Positions 18,057 to 28,932 are shown, numbered from the stretch's first letter. The stretch is 64,000 bases of DNA from an uncultured Spirochaetota bacterium (GCA_963827275.1 CAWHAA010000005.1:192001-256000), one strand, 5' to 3'. The notes: generated by a model from the letters alone, not told the origin. Numbers and translations: made by a program.

Positions 18057-19139
18057 TCATATTTTTTCAATCATGGCGACGAGCCCGGCGAGGACCCTCC
18101 GGCTGCTTTCGCCGACGTTCAGCCGCGCGAGCCCCTTCCGGGACAGGGCGACGAGCTCGCCGTGCCTGCGGCGCGCCGCGTCAAGGGAGCCGCTTTCACG
18201 GATCAGGGCCCGTATATGCGCCACATCCCTCTTTTCCTTTTTTTTCTTCGTGAAGAGCGCGATAAACCGCTCCCGGTCCCGGCCTTCGAGGCGCTCGATG
18301 GCGCCGTCCACCAGGAGCGTCATCTTCCCCTCCAGGATGTCCGAATCGGAAGGCTTGCCGGTGGAATCCTCGTTGCCGAAGATGCCGAGGATATCGTCCC
18401 TGACCTGGAAGGCAAGCCCCGCGGGCAATGAAAACTCCCGAATGAGCCCCCGCTCGCGCGCGGAGTCCCTGCCGGCCAGGGCATACCCCATGAGCATCGG
18501 GAAATACACGGTATAATAGGCGGTCTTCATCGTCGCGATGCGGAGCGCGGTCTCGCCCGGCGAATGGATCTTCCGTGAAGCGGAATTGAGAATATCGAGG
18601 ACCTGTCCCCAGGAGGTGATCTCGTAGGTCTCGGCGAATATATTCAAGAAGCGGTCTTTCGCGCGGGGCGGAATTTTGGTGCCGGCGATTATGCCGACGG
18701 CCCCGGAAAAAAGCACGTCGGACAGGATCAGCGCCAGGCTGCTCCCGATATCCGGATTGTGCGAGCCGCGGCCGTAGCGCACGCCGCACACGACATGAAG
18801 CGCTTTCCCGCCGCGGCGCAGGGTGGAGCGGTCGATGATATCGTCCTGGATCAGCAGGAATGAATGCATCATCTCTATGACCGCGGCGATGCGGATCATA
18901 TCGGCGGAACGGGCGTCGCCGCCGTAGCCGAAACAGGAAGCAAGCATGACCAGGGGACGCACCCGCTTGCCGTCCCTGCCGCAGTATTCCGCGAGGAACC
19001 GGTACATCTCGCGCATCTCCGGGAGTTCCGCGCAGTCCGCCCTGCTGTCGAAAAATTCCCTCATGAACGCGTCGATACGCGGGACGTACCCCGCGCTGAA
19101 GGTTCGGAACCGGTCAACCGGCGATGATGGCGTTCTCAT
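18057..19139 (-). CDS. Polyprenyl synthetase (GGPP-synthase-like)
   Basis: GKRVRP, LIQDDIIDRSTLRRG, GQVLD, KTAYYT, FQVRDDILG, DILEGK. Confidence 0.9.
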   Translation of the reverse strand: MRTPSSPVDRFRTFSAGYVPRIDAFMREFFDSRADCAELPEMREMYRFLAEYCGRDGKRVRPLVMLASCFGYGGDARSADMIRIAAVIEMMHSFLLIQDDIIDRSTLRRGGKALHVVCGVRYGRGSHNPDIGSSLALILSDVLFSGAVGIIAGTKIPPRAKDRFLNIFAETYEITSWGQVLDILNSASRKIHSPGETALRIATMKTAYYTVYFPMLMGYALAGRDSARERGLIREFSLPAGLAFQVRDDILGIFGNEDSTGKPSDSDILEGKMTLLVDGAIERLEGRDRERFIALFTKKKKEKRDVAHIRALIRESGSLDAARRRHGELVALSRKGLARLNVGESSRRVLAGLVAMIEKI

Positions 19140-19395
19140 GGGTCAGGGCCCGCTCCGGAGTGGTGCCGCCGGGCGCGGTGCGCCCGCCCGGCGGATTTGA
19201 TGCATACTTTTACCCGGAGAACGGGCATGTCAATAAGATTTTTGGGGACGCGCCGGAGGCGATACCGGGCGCGCCGCGGCGCCGTTTCACTTCCCCGGAA
19301 TGTAACATCCCCGCCATACGCCGCACTAAAAAATTGATTGCTAAATATGCGGGATGATTATCCTGACACCATAATCAACCGGGGGACATATACCC

Positions 19396-20160
19396 ATGCT
19401 GGCCAAGCGAATCATACCGTGCCTTGACGTGGACAAGGGACGCGTCGTCAAGGGCGTCAACTTCGTCAACCTGATCGACGCGGGCGATCCCGTAGAGAAC
19501 GGCACGTTTTACGACAACGAGGGCGCCGACGAGCTGGTCTTCCTCGACATCACCGCCTCCTCCGACCGCCGGGACATCATCCTCGACATGGTCAAGAGGG
19601 TCGCGGAGGAGGTGCACATCCCCTTCACCGTCGGGGGCGGCATCAGGACGATCGAGGACGTGCGGCTCATCCTGGAAAACGGCGCGGACAAGATCTCCAT
19701 CAACACCGCGGCGGTCCAGAACCCCGCCCTGGTGACGGACGCGGCCCGCCGGTTCGGCTCGCAGTGCATCCTGGTGGCGATCGACGCGAAACGGAACGCG
19801 GGCGGCGGGTGGACGGTTTACCTGCACGGCGGCAGGACGCCCGCCGGCATTGACGCGGTCGAATGGGCGAAGCGCGTCGAGGACCTGGGCGCGGGGGAGA
19901 TACTCCTGACCAGCATGGACCGGGACGGCACGAAGATCGGCTACGACATCGCGCTGACACGGGCGATCGCTGACACGGTACGCCTCCCCGTCATCGCGTC
20001 GGGAGGCGTCGGCACCATACAGCACATGTACGAGGGGCTCACCGAGGGCGGGGCCGACGCGGTGCTCGCGGCGTCGATATTCCATTTCCGGGAGATCTCG
20101 ATAGCCGAGGTGAAGCGGGAGCTCGCGGCCCGCGGCGTCCCGGTGCGGTACCCGTTTTAG
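19396..20160 (+). CDS. hisF: Imidazole glycerol phosphate synthase cyclase subunit
   Basis: [51 protein letters not shown]. Confidence 0.98.
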   Translation: MLAKRIIPCLDVDKGRVVKGVNFVNLIDAGDPVENGTFYDNEGADELVFLDITASSDRRDIILDMVKRVAEEVHIPFTVGGGIRTIEDVRLILENGADKISINTAAVQNPALVTDAARRFGSQCILVAIDAKRNAGGGWTVYLHGGRTPAGIDAVEWAKRVEDLGAGEILLTSMDRDGTKIGYDIALTRAIADTVRLPVIASGGVGTIQHMYEGLTEGGADAVLAASIFHFREISIAEVKRELAARGVPVRYPF

Positions 20161-20185
20161 CGCGGCCGGCGGCCGACCGGGCAGG

Positions 20186-21262
20186 TCAATTGACCATAAA
20201 ATAAATGACGAGCGCCAGCAGCGCGATGAAGGCGACCGCCAGCCCGATGATGGCCCCCACGGATGCGCGCGACATGGAATCCCTGCCGCTGTCGGGCCCG
20301 AGATCGGTCATGTCGATGGCGATCTTGATGTTCTCTTCAAGCTCCTCCACCTTAACGAAGATCCCCTTGGCCACGATGGCGTATATCGTGTAGCCGCCGT
20401 CCTTCCGGTGCCTGATGGAAACGATCCTGCCGAGTATGGGCTGCGGCCCGTCCGGCGTAATCGCGTTGAAGGCGTTCAGCACCTGTATCGCCTTTTCATG
20501 GGTGTCGATGATTTTCAACTTCAGCCGGTCGCCCTGGACGAGAAGGCCGATGTCCCTTCCCGAGATGGGGGAGAGGATGAGGGCCCCGCGCAGGATCAGC
20601 CGGATCTCCCGTCCCTTCAGTACCTCGCGGTCGTCTTCTTCGGAATCGACCACGATTTCCGGGTCGAACTCCTCCTGCTTTTGCTTGAATTCCTGGATAT
20701 CGGATATCTTCCGGCTGCTGAGCGAATGGAGCTCCATGTCAAGGGAAGAGATGATCTCGATATCGACAATCGAATTTACGCTCTGCAATCCCATGCGGTC
20801 CAGCACGACCTGCTGGAAGAGCCTGTTGATCTCGATATCGCTCTTATCCTCAACGAGCTTGTTCAGCTCGCCGGCGAACTTGAGGGTGAACGCGGTGTTC
20901 AGCGAATTCCTGAATTGCCTGGCCAGACCGTCATCGTGCTGTATGGTGCCGATCAGGTCCGAGATGTCTTTTTCGAAGTCGATCCAGTTCCTGCTGGTTT
21001 TTATATCCTTCAGCACGAAGTCATCCGATATGATCGCGTATATGCTGTTGACAGTGAGGTAGTAATGGTTGAAGAAAATCATAAAGGCGCCGAAATGCGA
21101 GGTCGATGAGAACCGGCCCTTTATGACGTAGATATCGTTGAGAGAGCCGGCGATCATCTGACGGGCGCGGCCTTCGTCGCCATTTGTAAAAAACTTCGCT
21201 ATTTCAAGCTTTCTGGTAAAATCCGACAACGATTCAGAAGCAGTTTCAAGTGTATCCGGCAT
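20186..21262 (-). CDS. Conserved hypothetical protein with C-terminal TM anchor
   Basis: 358 aa; ILSPISG...L.QGD motif before a C-terminal hydrophobic helix. Confidence 0.7.
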   Translation of the reverse strand: MPDTLETASESLSDFTRKLEIAKFFTNGDEGRARQMIAGSLNDIYVIKGRFSSTSHFGAFMIFFNHYYLTVNSIYAIISDDFVLKDIKTSRNWIDFEKDISDLIGTIQHDDGLARQFRNSLNTAFTLKFAGELNKLVEDKSDIEINRLFQQVVLDRMGLQSVNSIVDIEIISSLDMELHSLSSRKISDIQEFKQKQEEFDPEIVVDSEEDDREVLKGREIRLILRGALILSPISGRDIGLLVQGDRLKLKIIDTHEKAIQVLNAFNAITPDGPQPILGRIVSIRHRKDGGYTIYAIVAKGIFVKVEELEENIKIAIDMTDLGPDSGRDSMSRASVGAIIGLAVAFIALLALVIYFMVN

Positions 21263-21304
21263 TATCGCTCCACGCCCAATGTATGCCTCCCCGACAGGGA
21301 GGGG

Positions 21305-21338
21305 AAAGGGCCCCGTCTCCGGTTCCGGAGGGCCCTTT
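21305..21338 (-). terminator. GC-rich hairpin downstream of the CheY-like gene
   Basis: AAAGGGCCC...CTCCGG-TT-CCGGAG-GGCCCTTT inverted repeat. Confidence 0.45.
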
Positions 21339-21364
21339 GCATCGCGCTGTTAGTTAAGAATAAT

Positions 21365-21823
21365 CTACTCCTGGGAAGCCAGTCTCTGCTTCTGCAACGC
21401 ATTTTTAACCCGGTAGAGGACCGTCCTCCTGTCAATCGGCTTAAGTATATAGTCGCTGACGCCCAGTTTTATCAGGTCAGCCATGACGCCCTTGGTGGTC
21501 TCCTCGCTGATAAACACCACGAGCGGCCGGTTGGGCCTTTTCAACAGCTCGTGCATGAAGGCGTAACCGTCCATGATCGGCATATCGAGCGTCGTGGTCA
21601 CAAGGTCGATCTTGCCTTCAATCTTGGACATCTTGTCGAGCGCTTCCTGCCCGTTCGATGCGGTGGCGACCACCATGTAGCTTTCAGACTCGAACAACTG
21701 GACGAGCTGTTTCCGTTGAAAATCCTTGTTCTCAATAACCACGAGCTTATACGGCCTGCCGCCCGGCCGCAACCCATCAGGGGTTTTCGTATTTAAGCTT
21801 GGAAATTCTCCTCTTCCCTTCAT
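21365..21823 (-). CDS. Single-domain CheY-like receiver protein, spirochaete-type, lacking the phosphoacceptor Asp
   Basis: Starts MKGRGEFPSLNTKTPDGLRPGGRPYK (resembles the Treponema CheY extension); ATASNGQEAL, DLVTTTLDMPIMDG, DYILKPIDR. Confidence 0.85.
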   Translation of the reverse strand: MKGRGEFPSLNTKTPDGLRPGGRPYKLVVIENKDFQRKQLVQLFESESYMVVATASNGQEALDKMSKIEGKIDLVTTTLDMPIMDGYAFMHELLKRPNRPLVVFISEETTKGVMADLIKLGVSDYILKPIDRRTVLYRVKNALQKQRLASQE

Positions 21824-22099
21824 CCATCCCTCCCCGCGGGATTCAATTACACGCGGAATACAAACGAATCTGACGTCAACATTGAGATTGTTAAGAAAAC
21901 ACAATAACGCCGGCATTATGAAAAAATCAAGGTTTTTTTCTTAACCAATAACGAGTCTCCGCCCAGGCAGGTTAAAAAAGGCTTGCAAATTATTTAAATA
22001 TTTTAACTTATATAGTAGCATATAGCATAAATGCCCAATGAAGTCGTTGCGAAACAACGGCCAGGGGGCATTTATTGAGAAACCCAGGAGAAGTCCCAC

Positions 22100-23608
22100 G
22101 TGGAAAGCGGCACAGACAAAAACTATTCCATACACCCGCAGGACTACAAGAAGGCTATCGCGAACGATACAGACTTCTATATTCAATTCCACACCTTTAC
22201 CCACGACGTGGAGGGCGCCATCACCAGGTGTGTCCACCGCTACCTGGAGCACAACGACCTCCACTATATCAGGAACCAGATCATCAACATCGTGAAAGAG
22301 CTGGTCAATAACGCGATAAAAGCAAACCTGAAACGGATCTATTTCAAGACCAAGGGCTTTGACATAGAAAAAACCGAGGACTACCGCGTCGGCATGGAAA
22401 CGTTCAAGGATGACGCGTATGTCGGCGACAATTCCGCCATGCTCGAGATGCTCGAGAAGTCGAACCTGGTGGTGCGGATCTCATTCAGGACCGCTGACGA
22501 ATACCTCTACATCAATGTCATCAACAACGTCCCGATCCTGGACGGGGAGCTCTTCAAGATAAACGCGCGGGTCAAAAAAGCATACAAGTACCGGGACATA
22601 TCCGAGGCATTCGATGAGGTCCTTGACGATTCCGAAGGCGCGGGCCTGGGCCTTATCATGGCAATGATGATATTCAAGAACATCGGCATGCCGCCCGAGG
22701 CCTTCAAAATCTACCGGAAAGACAACCTCACCATCTCGGCGATAGCCATCCCGCAGACCATGGACAGGGTACGGACGCGGATCAGGATAGCGGATGAGAT
22801 CATGCGCGAGATTGAAGAGATCCCGGCCTTCCCGGAAAACATCATCCGGATACAGAAGCTCTGCGCCAACCCCGACGCCACGCTGAAAGAGATAGCGGGG
22901 GCCATCTCCCTTGACCCCGGCCTCACGACTTCGATCCTGAAGCTGGCCAACTCGGCCGGGTACATCACGGCAAAGAAAACCGAAACCATCGAGGACGCGG
23001 TGAAGATCATCGGCGTCAAGGGGATCAACACGCTGCTCATCGCGACAGGCGTCTTCAAGGTAATGGATGCGCGCTACAAGCGGTCCGAATCGATCTGGAA
23101 GGATTCCTACAAGAGGGCCGCCTACGCGTACAAGATCGCGATCCAGCTCCGGAAGTCAAAGGCGAGCGATTTCACCTACCTGGCGGCGCTCCTTTCCGAC
23201 ATCGGCTATATCGTGATGCTCTCGCTCAAATCGAAGATACTGAAACGGCTCCACGAGATGGCGGGGTTCAAGGGGGTGGATGATTACAATCTCCTCGAAG
23301 AGATCAGCCTGGGGCTTTCTCACAGCGCACTGGGCGGCATGATATTCAAGAAATGGAACTTCAACGAGTCTCTGGTACAGATCATCGAAAACCACCACCG
23401 GCCCCACATGGCGCCGACCAACCTGAAGCAGATAATATACATCGTGTACCTGGCCGACTGCATGGTCGAGATCGAAAAAAACCGGTTTCGCTACGAGCTC
23501 ATCGACGAGGACGTGCTTGAATACTTCAAGCTTGAGGAGAGGGCGTCCTTCGACATGCTGAGCAAAATCCTTCAAGAGGCGTACGAAAACCAGCTTGTAA
23601 TGCCGTAA
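22100..23608 (+). CDS. HATPase-like plus HDOD domain protein
   Basis: [10 protein letters not shown] and EGAGLGL in the N-half; [43 protein letters not shown] in the C-half. Confidence 0.85.
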   Translation: MESGTDKNYSIHPQDYKKAIANDTDFYIQFHTFTHDVEGAITRCVHRYLEHNDLHYIRNQIINIVKELVNNAIKANLKRIYFKTKGFDIEKTEDYRVGMETFKDDAYVGDNSAMLEMLEKSNLVVRISFRTADEYLYINVINNVPILDGELFKINARVKKAYKYRDISEAFDEVLDDSEGAGLGLIMAMMIFKNIGMPPEAFKIYRKDNLTISAIAIPQTMDRVRTRIRIADEIMREIEEIPAFPENIIRIQKLCANPDATLKEIAGAISLDPGLTTSILKLANSAGYITAKKTETIEDAVKIIGVKGINTLLIATGVFKVMDARYKRSESIWKDSYKRAAYAYKIAIQLRKSKASDFTYLAALLSDIGYIVMLSLKSKILKRLHEMAGFKGVDDYNLLEEISLGLSHSALGGMIFKKWNFNESLVQIIENHHRPHMAPTNLKQIIYIVYLADCMVEIEKNRFRYELIDEDVLEYFKLEERASFDMLSKILQEAYENQLVMP

Positions 23609-23748
23609 CAGAAGGCGGAGACCGCTTCCGCCGGATACTTCAAATAAATTACTTGACGAAAAACATTTTCCTGATGACCGTATTCTACTTCCCGGCGTTC
23701 CCGGGGCATAGTCTGCGCGCGGAAGACCGCAACGGTCTCAAGGAGCTC

Positions 23749-24652
23749 ATGATGTATTTTCAGGACCTGATCGCAAAACTCAACCAATACTGGGCCGACA
23801 GGGGGTGCCTCATCATACAGGGGTACGACCTGGAGGTGGGCGCCGGCACCTTCAACCCGGCGACCTTTCTCAGGGTCCTGGGCCCGGAGCCGTGGCAGGT
23901 GGCCTATGTCGAGCCTTCGCGCCGGCCCACGGACGGCCGCTACGGCGACAACCCGAACCGGCTCCAGCACTACTACCAGTACCAGGTGATCCTGAAGCCC
24001 TCCCCCGTGGACGTGCAGGACCTCTACCTTGATTCGCTCCGGCACCTGGGCATCAGGCTCGAGGAGCACGACGTGCGGTTCGTCGAGGACGACTGGGAAT
24101 CGCCCACCCTGGGCGCCGCCGGCCTCGGCTGGGAGGTGTGGCTTGACGGCATGGAGATCACGCAGTTCACCTACTTCCAGCAGTGCGGAAGCATGGACCT
24201 CTCCCCCATCTCCGTGGAGCTGACCTACGGCCTCGAAGCGCATCTGCATGTACCTGCAGGGCGTCAACCACTTCACCGATATCATGTGGAACGAAACCGT
24301 GCGGTACGGCGACGTGCACCGCCAGAGTGAATTCGAGTTCTCGCACTACAATTTCAACATAGCGGACACCGACCTGCACTTCAGGCTCTTCGACCTGTAC
24401 GAGAAGGAGTGCCTCGCGATACTCGACAACCCGAAGCAGAAGATCGTGCTCCCGGCGTACGATTACGTGCTCAAGTGCTCGCACGTCTTTAACATGCTCG
24501 ACGCGCGGGGGGCCATATCGGTCACCGAGCGGGTCGGGTACATCACCCGCGTGCGGAACATTGCCCGCCGGTGCGCCGAGCAATACGTGGCGATCCGGGA
24601 AGAGATGGGGTTCCCCCTCCTCAAAAAAAATCCGGCCGGTGCCGCCAGATGA
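23749..24652 (+). CDS. glyQ: Glycine--tRNA ligase alpha subunit (frameshift at about 24238)
   Basis: [56 protein letters not shown]; one extra A breaks GLERICMYLQ; continues [27 protein letters not shown]. Confidence 0.95.
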
Positions 24653-25635
24653 AAGAAGACTATGGCAGGCTCGACGCCTTCCTCGCAAAATACGAAAAGT
24701 TCGTGATATCCACCCACGAAAGCCCGGACTGGGACGGCATGGGCGGCGAGATAGCGCTGTTCGAGCTTTTAAAGAAGCTGGGAAAAAAGCCGCTCATCAT
24801 CAATTCCGACCCGACCCCGGACAATTTTCTCTTCCTTGACCTTGAACACGACATTCACGTGATTGACAGCTCGTACTCGCTGCCGGACGACATCGACGAA
24901 TACGCCCAGTTCGTCCTCGACACGAATGACTACGACAATATCGGGGCCGCCGCTTACAACGCCCTCAAGGACAGGGTGCGCGAGGTATTCATAATCGACC
25001 ACCACGAAGGGGACGGCGGCGGCAATGACTCGAACATCATAAAGGCCGACGCCTCGTCGGTCTGCGAAATCATCTACCACATCATCGAGCACTACGGGCG
25101 CCCGTTCACCCTCCGGGCGGCGCAGGCGCTCTTCGGCGGCATCGTGTTCGATACCGGCTCCTTCAAGTACCCGAAGACCACGCCGGAGACGTTCCGGATC
25201 GCGGCGCGCCTCGTGGAGCTCGGCGTCACCCCGTTTTTCATCCATGAGCAGATCTACGAGCAGAACGCCCTCACCAGCTTCGAGCTCAGGGGGCGCATCC
25301 TGTCGAACATGCAGGTGCTCCACGGCGGGAAGATGATAGTCCTGAAGCTCACGCCCGACATGCTGAAGGAGACGGGCGCCGCTTTCTCCGAGGGCGAGCC
25401 CGCAATCAACCTGCCCCTGACCGTCAAGGGCGTGATCGCGAGCATACTCGTCAAGCAGGACACCGACGGCCCCGTGAAGGTGAGCATGCGCACCAAGGGA
25501 GAACTGGACGTGGCGAAGATCGCCATCGATAACGGCGGCGGGGGCCATAAAAACGCGGCCGGGTACAAGTCCAGGCTGCCATTCGAAGAGGCCTACGAGC
25601 AGGCCGTCCGCAACATGGACAAGCTTTTCACGTAG
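24649..25635 (+). CDS. DHH/DHHA1 phosphoesterase (NrnA-like oligoribonuclease / pAp phosphatase)
   Basis: [40 protein letters not shown] overlap with the glyQ stop. Confidence 0.92.
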   Translation: MKEDYGRLDAFLAKYEKFVISTHESPDWDGMGGEIALFELLKKLGKKPLIINSDPTPDNFLFLDLEHDIHVIDSSYSLPDDIDEYAQFVLDTNDYDNIGAAAYNALKDRVREVFIIDHHEGDGGGNDSNIIKADASSVCEIIYHIIEHYGRPFTLRAAQALFGGIVFDTGSFKYPKTTPETFRIAARLVELGVTPFFIHEQIYEQNALTSFELRGRILSNMQVLHGGKMIVLKLTPDMLKETGAAFSEGEPAINLPLTVKGVIASILVKQDTDGPVKVSMRTKGELDVAKIAIDNGGGGHKNAAGYKSRLPFEEAYEQAVRNMDKLFT

Positions 25636-26092
25636 CGCCGGGGCCGGCGCCCTTTGCCCTGATCTTCGCCGCGATGAGGTCCCCGTGGTGGACATGGAGA
25701 AGGTTCGCGAGCTTGTGGACAAGATAATCCTCGTTCTGGTCCAGGCTCCCGTCGGCGTAGGCGACCTCCCATATCATTTCGACAAGCCGTAGTTTTTCCG
25801 TGTAGGTGAAGCTTTCGTTGACGAGATTGGTATAGGTCCAGAGGTCCGCCGACGCGTCCCGGTCTCGCCCCGCTATCGAGAGAATTTCCCCGACCTGATC
25901 GTCCTGAAGCCCGAGCCGCGTCACGAGGATGTCCCTGATCCTCCCGCTCTCCGAGGAAGAGAAGTAGTCGTCCGCGTGCGCCATTTCGAGCAGGAGGACG
26001 CAGGTCGCGATGGTTATCCGGTCTTCGCGGCCGGTCGGCGTCGCGCCGGCAGGGGCCGCCCCGGTAAGCATCGATGCGATACGTTTCAGCAT
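25628..26092 (-). CDS. TerB-family protein
   Basis: LLLEMAHAD, WEVAYADGSLD..E..LVHKLANLL. Confidence 0.88.
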   Translation of the reverse strand: MLKRIASMLTGAAPAGATPTGREDRITIATCVLLLEMAHADDYFSSSESGRIRDILVTRLGLQDDQVGEILSIAGRDRDASADLWTYTNLVNESFTYTEKLRLVEMIWEVAYADGSLDQNEDYLVHKLANLLHVHHGDLIAAKIRAKGAGPGAT

Positions 26093-26109
26093 ATCTTGCC
26101 ATCCATGGA

Positions 26110-27675
26110 TCAGCGGAACTTCACTTTATAACCTTTCGGGACTATCCGGTCTTCCCGGTAAAGGTTGAGATAGAAGCCTATCAATTTCTTAGTCTTCGCG
26201 ATTTCATCCGCAGACATCTCTTTTTGCATGTCGCTTCCCTTCGATGCGTTCCCTTTCGATGCGTCCGCCCTTTTATAGTACTGCCGTTCCGAGAATATCG
26301 AGAGGCCCATGAAGGGATTCGCCAGGTCAAGGCGCATCATGTCAAGGAGCGTCGGAAGCAGGTCCATGCTCACGCACGGCATATCGTTCCTGCCCCCCCG
26401 GTGCGCGCCGCCCGGGAAATAGAGCAGGCACGGGATATAGTCGAAGAAGGGCCGGTAGTGGTCCTCGAAATTTTTCACAAAGCTGATGTACTCCTTGCTG
26501 TTGCCCATCGCATGGTCGGCGGTAAGTATCACCAGGGTGTTATTGCGGTACTTCGATTTCTTGAAATAGTCCCAGAATTTTCCGAAGGCCCGGTCGGTCG
26601 AATGCAGGGCATTGAGCATGTCATTGCCGCCCGCTTCGGGAATGGTGTGCTTGACCTTGAAGGGCGGGTGCGAATTGATCGTCGATATGGTCAGCAGGAG
26701 CGGCCTGTTCCCCGGATATTTTTCCATCCATTCGATGACGTAATCGAAAACGGTATCGTCATCAACCCCGAACCCCCTGTCCATGCTGCGGATATTATCA
26801 ATCGCAAGGCTCTCGCTCCCGTAAAAGTAATCATAGCCCTGCCGCTTCATGAAAAAGTCCTTCATGCCGATGAACAACTCGCTGCCCGCCTGGACGTGGA
26901 TCGTCGTGTAATCCATGGCCTTCGCGATGTCCGAGAGGAAGAGGAAGCGGCACGGTATGGGGATCCGTGTCCCGCCGACATTTTCATCGAGGAGGTAGAT
27001 GGCGGAGCCGAGAGCGGCGATGAGCCCCTTGATCGTGGGGAAGCTCGTATTGAACATGTTCGTGAAGGCGTAGGATTCGCGCTCCATGCCCCTGATGTTC
27101 GGCATGAGACCCGTCAGCCCGTGGATATCGTCCCTGAGAAAAAACTTCGAGAGGGACTCGACGAATATTATGATGATATTGGTGCCGGGCGCGACATACG
27201 GCTTGTTTGCCGCCCTGCGCGCCGGGTCGATATAGATGCTCTGCTTCATGAACGGGTAGTTTTCATCCATTGAATAGAGGAGTGTCCCCCCCTTCCTGAA
27301 TTCCTTTATCATATCCTCATCGAGCTTCTCCGCCGAGGCGCTCATGATATGCGAGAGAAAATAATAACCGATGAGGGAATTGAAAAACTCCTTCTCCGGC
27401 AGGCGGGTGTATATCAGCGGGTCGTCGTTCTTGAGCTTGAAGAACTGCTCTTTCATGGAGTCGAGGGACTTTTTGGTCTTATCGCGGTCCATCAGGGTCT
27501 TTTTTTCAAAGTCGATCCCGGTTTTGCCTCCCGGGCCCGCGCCGGCTGTCTTCGATTCGAGCGCGGCATCCCGCACAAGGCCCCCGGCAAAGACCAGGGT
27601 GATCACCGTCACCCCGACACAGAGGGCAACGAGGAAATTTACGGCGATGACGACGGCAAGCAGTTTCTTTTTCAC
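26110..27675 (-). CDS. LTA-synthase / sulfatase-family protein, catalytic part
   Basis: NIIIIFVESL, catalytic Thr region (SFPTIKG), TINSHPPF, LTADH, DLLPTLL; in frame with the upstream membrane ORF. Confidence 0.82.
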   Translation of the reverse strand: MKKKLLAVVIAVNFLVALCVGVTVITLVFAGGLVRDAALESKTAGAGPGGKTGIDFEKKTLMDRDKTKKSLDSMKEQFFKLKNDDPLIYTRLPEKEFFNSLIGYYFLSHIMSASAEKLDEDMIKEFRKGGTLLYSMDENYPFMKQSIYIDPARRAANKPYVAPGTNIIIIFVESLSKFFLRDDIHGLTGLMPNIRGMERESYAFTNMFNTSFPTIKGLIAALGSAIYLLDENVGGTRIPIPCRFLFLSDIAKAMDYTTIHVQAGSELFIGMKDFFMKRQGYDYFYGSESLAIDNIRSMDRGFGVDDDTVFDYVIEWMEKYPGNRPLLLTISTINSHPPFKVKHTIPEAGGNDMLNALHSTDRAFGKFWDYFKKSKYRNNTLVILTADHAMGNSKEYISFVKNFEDHYRPFFDYIPCLLYFPGGAHRGGRNDMPCVSMDLLPTLLDMMRLDLANPFMGLSIFSERQYYKRADASKGNASKGSDMQKEMSADEIAKTKKLIGFYLNLYREDRIVPKGYKVKFR

Positions 27676-27678
27676 GGA

Positions 27679-28197
27679 TCACTTCTCCCGGCAGGAATAC
27701 GCATACATTTTTTTCAGTATCCGCACCATCCCGACGAAGAAAAGGATGAAGGCGGCATAGAGCGCGAAAGACTCTTTGGCGACAAGAAAGACCAGCCCGT
27801 CGGTATAGAAGGCATGCGCCCAGAAATTATTATTGATGTGCATACCGCTGAAAAAAAGCGCTCCCCAGTCGAACATGCGGATGATCCCGGAAGCGGTAAA
27901 GACCGCCATCACCAGACCGATGAAAATTTTTTTCACGACCGGCCGTTCTGCGGAGATCATTACCGCGCAGATGACGCCCGCGAAAATAAAGCTCTCCGCA
28001 AGGTAGTACGCGGTACGGGCCAGGAACGGGCCCCGTACGTCAAGCACCGAATAGAACGAGCCGAATGTTATGATGGTATAATGCCACCCGATAAAATAAA
28101 CGGCCAGCAACAGCGTGAGGGCGGCCCCCAGCAGGACCATTGTCCGCTGTTCCCGGAAGACCAGCCGCAGATCATTGATTAATGCGTTCATTATCAC
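27679..28197 (-). CDS. Membrane N-terminal part of the LTA-synthase-like gene (separated by an in-frame TGA)
   Basis: About 4 TM helices; the junction reads ...CGG GAG AAG TGA TCC GTG AAA AAG..., in the same frame as 26110-27675. Confidence 0.7.
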   Translation of the reverse strand: MIMNALINDLRLVFREQRTMVLLGAALTLLLAVYFIGWHYTIITFGSFYSVLDVRGPFLARTAYYLAESFIFAGVICAVMISAERPVVKKIFIGLVMAVFTASGIIRMFDWGALFFSGMHINNNFWAHAFYTDGLVFLVAKESFALYAAFILFFVGMVRILKKMYAYSCREK

Positions 28198-28313
28198 TAC
28201 CAGGACCAGTATATTTTTCCCTGTCAGTTCGCACCTGCTTCAGCAAAAGCGGCGGTTGCCGACACCGGTTAACATGGCCAGGCCATGGACCGGGCGGCAG
28301 TCTGACAAATAAG

Positions 28314-28345
28314 TTGACCACCTTTAACCAGCTGGTTAATATAAT
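28314..28345 (+). promoter_or_regulatory. Sigma70-like promoter with a perfect 16-bp palindromic operator
   Basis: TTGACC (28314-19), TTAACCAGCTGGTTAA (28324-39), TATAAT (28340-45). Confidence 0.55.
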
Positions 28346-28539
28346 GCAAGAAAAAAATGCGGGGGCCGTGTGCACCGTACCCCGTTTACTGCGACCATTC
28401 CCCGAACGTGTTGTCCAAAAAAATGATTTGCTTTATAATACCGTTGTGCTATGCTTTTCTTCGAATTGCACAGCGTATCCACGCCTGCAGCAATGCGCGT
28501 TGTCGATACAGCGGCAACAGCGCAAACGGGAACCCGGTG

Positions 28540-28932
28540 ATGGAATACCTCTATACCGTCGAAAACATCAAAATGGCCCTGGGCACCCGGGAGGACCCCG
28601 GGATACCGCTCGCCGCTTGCAGCATATGCAGCGCCCTTCCCGCAAATGTAAGCAAGGTGAATGTTCCGGCAAAGAGCGAGTTCGGCGCATTTCCGAACGA
28701 AGTGGCGAAGCTTGAAGAATTCATCCTGGTAAAATACACCTGGCAGATACTGAAATGTCCCATCTGCGGCAGACTGTATACCGACGAATACCACTACGAA
28801 TCCCTCGTGGGCGGCGGAGAGGACGAGTATCTCATTTCCCGGATAGAATACAATGATGCCCTGGAGCTGTTGAAGGGAATAAAGGCCAAAAAACTGATCC
28901 GGGAGGGCTCACGGTGGCTTGTCTCCTGGTGA
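28540..28932 (+). CDS. Small hypothetical protein with two CxxC motifs (putative zinc-binding)
   Basis: MEYLYTVENIK..., CSIC and CPIC; 130 aa from the ATG at 28540. Confidence 0.65.
   Translation: MEYLYTVENIKMALGTREDPGIPLAACSICSALPANVSKVNVPAKSEFGAFPNEVAKLEEFILVKYTWQILKCPICGRLYTDEYHYESLVGGGEDEYLISRIEYNDALELLKGIKAKKLIREGSRWLVSW

Noticed and set aside
26234..26264. Short duplication encoding ASKG-N-ASKG in the LTA-synthase-like C-terminus
   Set aside because: Only two imperfect 15-nt copies in a linker; too small to imply phase variation.
27679..27681. Selenocysteine at the in-frame TGA
   Set aside because: The position is a charged loop between TM helices, not a redox or catalytic Cys site, and I could not see a convincing SECIS hairpin.
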